From: Wigglesworthia glossinidia endosymbiont of Glossina brevipalpis
GTDB lineage: Bacteria; Pseudomonadota; Gammaproteobacteria; Enterobacterales; Enterobacteriaceae
Reading direction: 5' to 3'
Assembly (NCBI GenBank): GCA_000008885.1
Contig: BA000021.3
Location: forward strand, 30,001 to 62,000
DNA length: 32,000 bases
Shown: positions 8,997-16,484 of the stretch, piece after piece
Numbering within the stretch: position 1 is the stretch's first letter
Layout of the letters: each line of letters starts with the position of its first letter
Notes under the pieces: model-generated
Databases searched by the model: none
Told to the model about the DNA's origin: nothing
What the model saw: the letters and a program-made list of their open reading frames with translations, nothing else
Program-made: the position numbers and the translations under genes

Positions 8997-9887
8997 GTGT
9001 TAATTATAGTTGGTTACTGTGTTGTATTTATTTCTGTGTTTGGTGGTTTTTTATTAGCAGAAGGACAAATTGGAGCTTTATTTCAACCAGTAGAGTTGTT
9101 AATTATATTAGGTGCAGGTCTTGGGGCTTTTATTGTTGGAAATAATGGAAAAGCAATTTTTGCAACTATAAAGGCTTTTCCAAAACTTTTTCATTCTTCC
9201 AAGTATAATAAAAATATGTATATGGATGTTATGACTTTGATGTATAGATTACTTTCTAAAAGTAGGCAATCAGGACTGATTAGCTTAGAAAAAGACATTG
9301 ATTTCCCAAAAAAAAGCAAAATTTTTTCTAGCTATCCCGCTCTTATAGAAGATGACTTAATCATAGATTTTATAGTAGATTATTTTAGACTTATGGTAAG
9401 TGGAAACTTAAATTCTTACGAAATAGAAGCCTTAATGAATGAAGAAATAGAAACTTGCGAGCAAGAGCATGAAGTTCCAATTACAAGTTTATTGCAAGTT
9501 GGAGATGCTCTACCAGCATTTGGAATAGTAGCAGCTGTTATGGGTGTAGTAAACGCTTTAGCTGCAGCAGATAGACCTGCAGCAGAACTAGGAGAGCTCA
9601 TTGCTCATGCTATGGTTGGAACTTTTTTAGGTATTCTTTTAGCATATGGATGCGTAATGCCATTAGGAGCTTTGTTAAAGCAAAAAAGTGACGAACATAT
9701 TAAAATGCTACAATGTATAAAAATTACATTATTATCTAGTATAAACGGTTATGCTCCTCAAATAGCAATTGAATTTGGAAGAAAAATTTTATACTCTCCT
9801 GAAAGACCATCATTTAACGAGTTAGAAGAACACATAAGAAAAGTAAAAAAATCAAGCTTAGAGTCTTCTAATAATAATACGATTTAA
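8997..9887 (+). CDS. motA: flagellar stator protein MotA (GTG start)
   Basis: 296 aa, highly similar to E. coli MotA throughout: QPVELLIILGAGLGAFIVGNNGKAI, DFIVDYFRLMVSG, EALMNEEIET, GDALPAFGIVAAVMGVV.AL.AADRPAAELG.LIAHAMVGTFLGILLAYG, NGYAPQIAIEFGRK.LYS.ERPSF.ELEEH. AAGGGA is the SD. Confidence 0.96.
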   Translation: MLIIVGYCVVFISVFGGFLLAEGQIGALFQPVELLIILGAGLGAFIVGNNGKAIFATIKAFPKLFHSSKYNKNMYMDVMTLMYRLLSKSRQSGLISLEKDIDFPKKSKIFSSYPALIEDDLIIDFIVDYFRLMVSGNLNSYEIEALMNEEIETCEQEHEVPITSLLQVGDALPAFGIVAAVMGVVNALAAADRPAAELGELIAHAMVGTFLGILLAYGCVMPLGALLKQKSDEHIKMLQCIKITLLSSINGYAPQIAIEFGRKILYSPERPSFNELEEHIRKVKKSSLESSNNNTI

Positions 9888-9891
9888 ATTC

Positions 9892-10872
9892 ATGAAAAAA
9901 AATTCACCAATGATTTTGATTAGATGGAAAAAATCTCAACATTCTGGGCATCACGGAGGTTCCTGGAAGATTGCTTATGCAGATTTTATGACTGCTATGA
10001 TGGCCTTTTTTTTAGTAATGTGGTTACTTAGTACAAGTACTCCTCAACAAAGAGAACAAATTGCAGATTATTTCAGAATACCAATGAAAGATTCAGTTCA
10101 AAATAGTTCTAAATCTAGCATTAGTCCTATTCCTATGCCAAAACAAGGAGGAGATAATATTGACAATAAAACTAATAATATTAAAAATAGAGAACGCGAA
10201 TTGAATCATCAAAAAGATATAAGGAGATTAAACAAAACAAGATATAATCTTCAGCAAATGTTAAGGAATAATCCAAGATTAAGAGATTTTCAATCAAATA
10301 TGAAAATAACTTTGGTGCATGAAGGTCTAAGAATTGAAATAATTGATAGCAAAAAACGCCCAATGTTTACGACAGGTGGAAAAGAAATTGCTCCATATAT
10401 GAGATATATAATGAGAATATTAGCACCTGTTTTAAATGAATTACCAAATCGTATTAGTTTAGCCGGTCATACAGATAATCAACCATATATTAATGGAGAA
10501 AGAGGATACAGTAATTGGGAATTATCTGCAGATCGCGCAAATGCATCAAGAAGGGAGCTTATTGAAGGAGGGTTGATGAATGACAAAATATTAAGAGTGA
10601 TAGGTATGGCTAATACTATGTCTGATGTAAATAAACATCATCATCATGCTTCACAAAGAAGAATCAGCATTATTATTTTAACTAAACAACAAGAAGAAGC
10701 AATAAAAAAGGAAAACTCTGAAAGTCATAGCGAATTTATAGAAAACAATGAAGATCCAGCTTCTCAATTGTGGAAATTAGCAGCTCCTCAAGCATTTACT
10801 GGAAAAAACGATTTTCAACTCAAGTCTAATAATCAAAATTTTATAAAAGAAAAACAAATAATTAAAAATTAG
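9892..10872 (+). CDS. motB: flagellar stator protein MotB (OmpA-like peptidoglycan anchor)
   Basis: 326 aa. GSWKIAYADFMTAMMAFFLVMWL is identical to the E. coli segment containing the proton-binding Asp32. LVHEGLRIEIIDS..RPMFTTG and NRISLAGHTDN.PY....GYSNWELSADRANASRREL form the PG-binding motif. An unusual HHHH run (NKHHHHASQRR) sits in the C-terminal part. The gap after motA is 4 nt. Confidence 0.95.
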   Translation: MKKNSPMILIRWKKSQHSGHHGGSWKIAYADFMTAMMAFFLVMWLLSTSTPQQREQIADYFRIPMKDSVQNSSKSSISPIPMPKQGGDNIDNKTNNIKNRERELNHQKDIRRLNKTRYNLQQMLRNNPRLRDFQSNMKITLVHEGLRIEIIDSKKRPMFTTGGKEIAPYMRYIMRILAPVLNELPNRISLAGHTDNQPYINGERGYSNWELSADRANASRRELIEGGLMNDKILRVIGMANTMSDVNKHHHHASQRRISIIILTKQQEEAIKKENSESHSEFIENNEDPASQLWKLAAPQAFTGKNDFQLKSNNQNFIKEKQIIKN

Positions 10873-10923
10873 TTTCTTAATTTTTTTAAAAATTTTAATA
10901 TAAATTAAATTTTTTAATATTTT

Positions 10924-12081
10924 ATGTCAAATAAAGATGAATTAGAAAAACAAGAAGATCCAACTCCTAATCGTTTAAAGAAAGCACGTTCAAAAGGAAA
11001 CATACCCAGATCTAGAGAATTAACTTCTTTTTCCATATTAATATTTGGATGGATTTTGATATGGTTTACTGGAAATAATTTATTAGATAAAATAATAGTT
11101 GAACTGAAAAAAAATTTAAATTTTAAATTATATTTATATGAACATATTAATTATATATTAGTAAATATATATTTAATATCAAAAAAATTTTTTTTTATTA
11201 TTTTCCCAATAATTTTTATAATTATGATTATCACTATTATATCTTCGGGTTTATTAGGAGGATGGGTTTTTTCTAAAAAATCATTGAATATTGATTTTTC
11301 AAGATTAAATCCATATAAAAATATTTCTCGTATATTTTCTAAAAATGTTTTTATTGAAATGGCAAAAACTTTATTTAAATTTTTTTTTATGTTATTTTCT
11401 TGCATATTTTATCTATGGCATACAAGATTTCAAATTTCTGATTTATCTGATAACAATTATTCTAATGCAATTAAAAATTGCATATTAATAATTTCAAAAT
11501 GTGTATTTGTAATTATTTTAAGTTCAATTCCAATTGTGTTTTTTGATTCTATATTTCAATTATTTACATTTAAAAAAAATTTGAGAATGTCTAAAAAAGA
11601 AGTTCAGGATGAAAACAAAGAAAATGAAGGAAATCCTCAATTAAAACATTACATAAGAAAAAAACAAAGACATATATATAATATGCGTATGATGCAAAAT
11701 GTTGAAAAATCAGATGTTATAATCGTAAATCCAACTAATTATGCTGTCGGTTTGAAATACGAAAAGAACATGAAAGCACCAGTTTTATTGGCAAAAGGAA
11801 CAGGTAATATTGCAATTAAAATAAAAGAAAAAGCTCAAGAAAAATTTATCCCAATAATAGCAGTTCCACCTTTAGCAAGAGCAATATATAAATATTGTAA
11901 TATAGGAGAATACATACCTATAGAATTATATGAATCAGTAGCAGAAATATTAACTTGGGTTTATAACTTAAAAAATTGGAAAAAATTAGGAGGAAATCCT
12001 CCTAAAAAACCTATTGGAATTAAAATTCCAAATTATATTAATAAAAGAAAAAAACGGAACATTGTTGATGAATCAAAATAA
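10924..12081 (+). CDS. flhB: flagellar type III export gate / substrate-specificity switch protein FlhB
   Basis: 385 aa. The N-terminus EDPTPNRLKKARSKGNIPRSRELTSF compares with E. coli EAPTPHRLEKAREEGQIPRSRELTS. There are four TM segments and a C-terminal domain with the autocleavage motif at residues 269-272, here NPTN rather than NPTH, followed by PPLARAIY. Confidence 0.95.
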   Translation: MSNKDELEKQEDPTPNRLKKARSKGNIPRSRELTSFSILIFGWILIWFTGNNLLDKIIVELKKNLNFKLYLYEHINYILVNIYLISKKFFFIIFPIIFIIMIITIISSGLLGGWVFSKKSLNIDFSRLNPYKNISRIFSKNVFIEMAKTLFKFFFMLFSCIFYLWHTRFQISDLSDNNYSNAIKNCILIISKCVFVIILSSIPIVFFDSIFQLFTFKKNLRMSKKEVQDENKENEGNPQLKHYIRKKQRHIYNMRMMQNVEKSDVIIVNPTNYAVGLKYEKNMKAPVLLAKGTGNIAIKIKEKAQEKFIPIIAVPPLARAIYKYCNIGEYIPIELYESVAEILTWVYNLKNWKKLGGNPPKKPIGIKIPNYINKRKKRNIVDESK

Positions 12082-14200
12082 TAAAATATTAAATACATTA
12101 GAAAATATACTAGGAAATACAAAATACAAAATACTTGCAGGACCAATAATAATATTTTTGATCTTATCAATGATGATTTTGCCACTTCCTCCTTTCATTT
12201 TAGATTTACTTTTTGCATTTAATATATCGTTTTCTATTATTATATTGTTGATTTCAATGTTTACTAAAAAAACTTTAGATTTTATAGTTTTTCCAACAAT
12301 ATTGTTATTTTCGACTCTTTTAAGACTTGCTTTAAATGTTGCATCGGCTAGAATAATTTTATTAAATGGACATCATGGGAATTCTTCTGCAGGTAAAATA
12401 ATAGATGCTTTTGGAAATTTTTTAGTAGGTGGGAATTTTGCCGTAGGAATTATTATTTTTTCTATGCTAGTTATAATAAATTTTATGGTAATTACAAAAG
12501 GAGCTGTACGTATAGCAGAAGTAGGAGCAAGGTTTATTTTAGATGGAATGCCTGGAAAGCAAATGGCAATTGATGCTGATTTAAATTCAGGAATAATAGG
12601 AGAAAAAGAAGCAAAAAAAAGAAGAAGAGAAGTATCACAAGAATCTGATTTTTATGGATCGATGGATGGTGCTAGTAAATTCGTAAGAGGTGATGCTGTA
12701 GCAGGAATATTAATTATGATAATTAATTTAATAGGAGGTTTATTAATTGGCGTAATACAACATGATATGGATTTGAGTATTGCTGGAAAAACTTACACTG
12801 TATTAACAATAGGAGATGGTCTTGTAGCTCAAATACCAGCATTAATCATATCTACAGCAGCTGGAGTTATCGTTACCAGGGTAAGTACAAACCAGGACGT
12901 AGGAGAACAGATAGTTAATCAACTATTTAATAATTCAAAGGCAACTTTTTTATCAGCTTTTATAATAGGTATGTTAGGAATAATACCTGGAATGCCAAAT
13001 ATAGTATTTTTATTTTTTTCTTCTTTATTATTTTTTATAACTTGGACAATATATAATAAATCAAATAATGAAGAATTAAATGAAAATATTTCTAAAAATT
13101 TAAATAATAATAATTTTAAATTAAACGAAAAAAACTATAAAGAAGCTACATGGAATGACGTACATCAAGAAGATGTTCTAGGTTTAGAAGTAGGATATAA
13201 GTTAATATCTATGGTAGATGATTCTCAAAATAACGGAGAACTAATAAAAAGAATAAGAGGTATTAGAAAACAATTTGCAAGAGAAATGGGGTTTTTGCCA
13301 CCAGTAGTTCATATAAGAGATAATCTAGAAATTTCTCCAATTCATTATTGTATTTTTCTTAATGGAGTGGAAATTGGATTTGGAGATGTGCATCCAGAAA
13401 AATTAATGGCGATAAATCCAGGAAACATTAAAATTAAGATTAATGGAAATTATTGTAATGAACCAGCTTTTGGTCTTTCTGCTGTATGGATTGAAAAAAT
13501 TAACAAAGAACAAGCCATAACTATAGGTTATACAGTTGTAGATTCAAGCACTGTAATAGCAACTCATATTCATTCTATGTTAATTAAATATGCTGGAGAT
13601 ATATTTGGAAGACAAGAAGCCCAAAATCTACTAGAACATACTAGAAAAATTACTCCAAAATTAATAGATGGATTAATACCAGAAATATTATCATTAACAA
13701 CTTTTCATAAAGTTTTACAAAATTTGCTTTTAGAAAAAATCTCAATTAGAGACATAAGATCTATAATCGAATGCTTAGCTGAAAATTCTCCTCAGCAAAC
13801 TGACGTAGAATCCCTTACTAGCTTGGTTAGACAAAAATTAGGAAGAGCTATAACTCAAAATTTATTTCCAAAAAAAGTTTATAAAAACGAAATTAATGTT
13901 ATTGGACTAGACCCATCATCAGAGAAAATTTTAATTACTTCATTTCAAAGTGGAGGCTCTATCGAACCAAATATTTCAAATAACCTTATAGAAAATATAA
14001 AAACTGCATTAATAAAACAAGAGAAAATTAAATCTCCATTTGTATTAATAGTAAATCCAGTTATTAGGAGTATGATGTCAAAATTTTTAAAACATTTTTT
14101 CCCAAATTTAACTATATTGTCTAATTTAGAAATAATTGACGATCGACCTATTAAGTTTACTTCTATTATAAGTTGCAATGCTGTTAAAAATAATAATTAA
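12068..14200 (+). CDS. flhA: flagellar type III export gate protein FlhA
   Basis: The ORF-track start (TTG 12014) lies inside flhB. ATG 12068 gives MNQNNKILNTLENILGNTKYKILAGPIIIFLILSMMILPLPPFILDLLF, colinear with the E. coli FlhA N-terminus. The FHIPEP core is conserved (ITKGAVRIAEVGARFILDGMPGKQMAIDADLN; FYGSMDGASKFVRGDA; TIGDGLVAQIPALIISTAAGVIVTRVST.QDVGEQ). It overlaps the flhB 3' end by 14 nt. Confidence 0.95.
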   Translation: MNQNNKILNTLENILGNTKYKILAGPIIIFLILSMMILPLPPFILDLLFAFNISFSIIILLISMFTKKTLDFIVFPTILLFSTLLRLALNVASARIILLNGHHGNSSAGKIIDAFGNFLVGGNFAVGIIIFSMLVIINFMVITKGAVRIAEVGARFILDGMPGKQMAIDADLNSGIIGEKEAKKRRREVSQESDFYGSMDGASKFVRGDAVAGILIMIINLIGGLLIGVIQHDMDLSIAGKTYTVLTIGDGLVAQIPALIISTAAGVIVTRVSTNQDVGEQIVNQLFNNSKATFLSAFIIGMLGIIPGMPNIVFLFFSSLLFFITWTIYNKSNNEELNENISKNLNNNNFKLNEKNYKEATWNDVHQEDVLGLEVGYKLISMVDDSQNNGELIKRIRGIRKQFAREMGFLPPVVHIRDNLEISPIHYCIFLNGVEIGFGDVHPEKLMAINPGNIKIKINGNYCNEPAFGLSAVWIEKINKEQAITIGYTVVDSSTVIATHIHSMLIKYAGDIFGRQEAQNLLEHTRKITPKLIDGLIPEILSLTTFHKVLQNLLLEKISIRDIRSIIECLAENSPQQTDVESLTSLVRQKLGRAITQNLFPKKVYKNEINVIGLDPSSEKILITSFQSGGSIEPNISNNLIENIKTALIKQEKIKSPFVLIVNPVIRSMMSKFLKHFFPNLTILSNLEIIDDRPIKFTSIISCNAVKNNN

Positions 14201-14652
14201 GCATTTATTTTAAAATTTTTTTTAAAAAATTTATAAGTATTTCCGTCTTCACGGTAAATTATTTCTTCAGATAGATATTTTTTCAAAATATTTTGTATAG
14301 ATAAAATATGACGCATTTGCAATTTTATTTGCGTATTATTTTTTTCGTTCTTTTCAAACAATATCTTTGTTATTTTTTGTATTTTAATCCATATCGATCT
14401 CAAATTTTCATGTTCTTCGTATGGACAATTTATTTTTAATGCGCTTTCTAAATATATACGTTTTTTATCAAAAAAATTTGATTCTTTTATTAATTTATAT
14501 TTATTTTCCGTAATAGATTGTATCTTTAAATACGACAAAGGAGTTATAGATAATAATTTAAATTCTAAATTTAATGTTTTTTCTAATTCATTCAATGTTA
14601 ATAAGATTTTGTTTAATACTTCTTCTATTTTTATAAAATTTTTATTTTTCAT
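14197..14652 (-). CDS. flgN: flagellar export chaperone FlgN (for FlgK/FlgL)
   Basis: 151-aa helical protein. LEKTLNLEFKLLSITPLSYLKIQSITENKYKLI aligns with E. coli FlgN LKTVMDAEQQQLSVGQINGSQLQRITEEKSSLL. Its position next to flgA matches flagellar region I. Divergent sequence keeps the confidence moderate. Confidence 0.75.
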   Translation of the reverse strand: MKNKNFIKIEEVLNKILLTLNELEKTLNLEFKLLSITPLSYLKIQSITENKYKLIKESNFFDKKRIYLESALKINCPYEEHENLRSIWIKIQKITKILFEKNEKNNTQIKLQMRHILSIQNILKKYLSEEIIYREDGNTYKFFKKNFKINA

Positions 14653-14780
14653 TTTTATTTTATTTTTTCATTTTTATTATTAATAATTTAATACGTTAAC
14701 ATTAATTAATTATGTTTAAACTTTTTAGATTATTAGGGGTTTAAAAAAAAAAATTTAATTTTATTATTTTTTATTAAAAA

Positions 14781-15458
14781 TTATTTTATATAAAAAACTA
14801 ATGCTTCATTTTTATTAAGCACTCCTTGAAAAATTTTTCCAGATGGTAATTTTACTTTCACTATATCTTCAATTGTATAATTCCTTATAGAAATTCCAAA
14901 ACATTTTATTGTGAATCCATTTCCAACAAAAATTACTGGAACTTTATCTCCCTGTCTTATTATCCAAGGTGATTTTAACATACTTGTAGTTATTGGTTGT
15001 CCAATTCCTATAGATATAGTAGAAATTTTTCCTGAAATTTTTTGATTAGATAAAATTATGTTTTGAGGTATATTTTTGGTATTTCCGTAAACTATTTTTA
15101 TATCCTTTTCTGAAATAATAGTTCCTGATCTGATTAATTTAGAAGCTACATAATATTCTGTATAGCTCTTAACAAAAATTTTAAGTAAATGTTCTTTTCC
15201 ATTGCATTCTGCCTTAATGTTTAATATTCCATAAAATTTAGTATAATTTGTTAGAATAAATTTTGGATTTGAACAAAGCTTATCTAAATTTTTTGGAAAA
15301 ATTAAATTAACTTTATAGAATATTATATTTTCGTGTTGTATATTCAAAAACTTTTCTATTTTTGATACAAAAGAATTTAAATCCTCAGATATAGCACAAA
15401 AAGAAATTAATAAATTTAATTGTATTATTAAAAATAATTTTTTAATTTTTTTTATCAT
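14781..15458 (-). CDS. flgA: flagellar P-ring assembly chaperone FlgA
   Basis: 225 aa with an N-terminal signal-like hydrophobic segment. The C-terminal SAF-type domain (GQPITTSMLKSPWIIRQGDKVPVIFVGNGFTIKCFGISIRNYTIEDIVKVKLPSGKIFQGVL) matches the FlgA pattern (...W.V..G..V.......F.....G.A.......I.V....G....G.V). It is divergent from flgB as in E. coli. Confidence 0.85.
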   Translation of the reverse strand: MIKKIKKLFLIIQLNLLISFCAISEDLNSFVSKIEKFLNIQHENIIFYKVNLIFPKNLDKLCSNPKFILTNYTKFYGILNIKAECNGKEHLLKIFVKSYTEYYVASKLIRSGTIISEKDIKIVYGNTKNIPQNIILSNQKISGKISTISIGIGQPITTSMLKSPWIIRQGDKVPVIFVGNGFTIKCFGISIRNYTIEDIVKVKLPSGKIFQGVLNKNEALVFYIK

Positions 15459-15520
15459 AAAAATTATTATAAATTTTATATATTTTATATTTAAATAAAT
15501 AAATATTATAAATAAAATAA

Positions 15521-15562
15521 TAAGCTTAAATAAGCAAAAAATATAATGTTATTTTATCTATT
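15521..15562. promoter_or_regulatory. candidate FlhD4C2 box (class-2 activator site) in the flgA/flgB divergent spacer
   Basis: Left half is TAAGC-TT-AAATAAGC (15521-15535). An 11-nt spacer follows. The right half, read on the other strand, is AATAG-ATA-AAATAACA (15547-15562). Against the published half-site consensus AA(C/T)G(C/G)-N2-3-AAATA(A/G)CG (inverted repeat, 10-12 nt spacer), I score about 9/13 and 11/13 defined positions. The few G/C bases in this spacer fall on consensus G/C positions. AT-rich background inflates the A/T matches. Confidence 0.3.
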
Positions 15563-15616
15563 AAAAACGTGCTGTAACAATTAGCATAATAATATATATA
15601 AATTATAAAAAAAAAC

Positions 15617-16027
15617 ATGTTAGATAAATTAGATCATTATTTCAATTTTCAAAAAGCAGCAACTAACATTTTTGCAAATAGGCAAGCAATAATTTCATCA
15701 AATATTGCAAATGCAGATACTCCCAAATATCAATCAAGAGATATCGATTTTAAAAAATTACTAAAAAATTTTAACGAATTGGATAAAAATAAAAGAAATT
15801 TAAATTTAAAATTAACATCTAAAAAACATATAAATAAAAAAAATTTATTCACGTCATTAGGAAAATTACTTTATAGAGTTCCTATACAAGCATCCGCAGA
15901 TGGCAACACAGTAGATATGGATGTTGAAAGAATTAATTTTTTAGACAATAGTATTAAATATCATACTAGTGTATCAATTATTCATGGACAAATAAAAAAC
16001 ATGATGTCTGTTTTATATAAAGGGTGA
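15617..16027 (+). CDS. flgB: flagellar proximal rod protein FlgB
   Basis: 136 aa: [42 protein letters not shown] ... [23 protein letters not shown].KY, compared with E. coli [45 protein letters not shown] ... [22 protein letters not shown]. Confidence 0.95.
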   Translation: [136 protein letters not shown]

Positions 16028-16030
16028 TTT

Positions 16031-16432
16031 ATGTCTTTATTAAATATATTTGATATTTCTGGATCTGCTTTAATAGCTCAATCTTGCAGATTAAATGTAA
16101 GTGCAAGCAATATGGCGAATGCAGAAAGTTTGAGCAATAATGGAAATCCATATTCATCTAAACAAGTTGTATTTAAACTTAATACAAATTTTGCTCAAGA
16201 AATAGGCGGGGTTAAAGTAAAAAAAATAATTGAAGATAAAACTCCTTGGAAAATTTTGTATGATCCAGGAAACCCACTTGCTGATAGCAAAGGTTATGTA
16301 AAATCTTCTAATGTAAATATGATATCAGAAATGATCAATACTATATCTTCATCTAGAAGTTATCAAGCAAATGTTGAAGTAATAAATACTGCAAGATCAA
16401 TGATATTAAAAACTTTAACTTTAGGCCAATAA
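16031..16432 (+). CDS. flgC: flagellar proximal rod protein FlgC
   Basis: 133 aa: [28 protein letters not shown] ... GGVKV ... [15 protein letters not shown]....[27 protein letters not shown], nearly colinear with E. coli FlgC. Confidence 0.96.
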   Translation: MSLLNIFDISGSALIAQSCRLNVSASNMANAESLSNNGNPYSSKQVVFKLNTNFAQEIGGVKVKKIIEDKTPWKILYDPGNPLADSKGYVKSSNVNMISEMINTISSSRSYQANVEVINTARSMILKTLTLGQ

Positions 16433-16484
16433 AATAAAAATTTATACTTTTTAAAAAATTAAAATTAATAAAAATTATTTAATA

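Noticed and set aside
12014-12067. TTG-initiated 18-codon N-terminal extension of flhA given by the ORF track
   Set aside because: The extension lies inside flhB coding sequence and has no counterpart in E. coli FlhA. ATG 12068 gives an N-terminus colinear with the orthologue.
14716-14738. TAAACTTT...GGGGTTTA in the flgA-flgN spacer as a sigma-28 promoter for flgN
   Set aside because: The motif is on the wrong (plus) strand for flgN and the -10 matches only 4/8. The minus-strand reading (AAAAGTTT at 14725-14718) has no GCCGATAA-like partner at 11-nt spacing.
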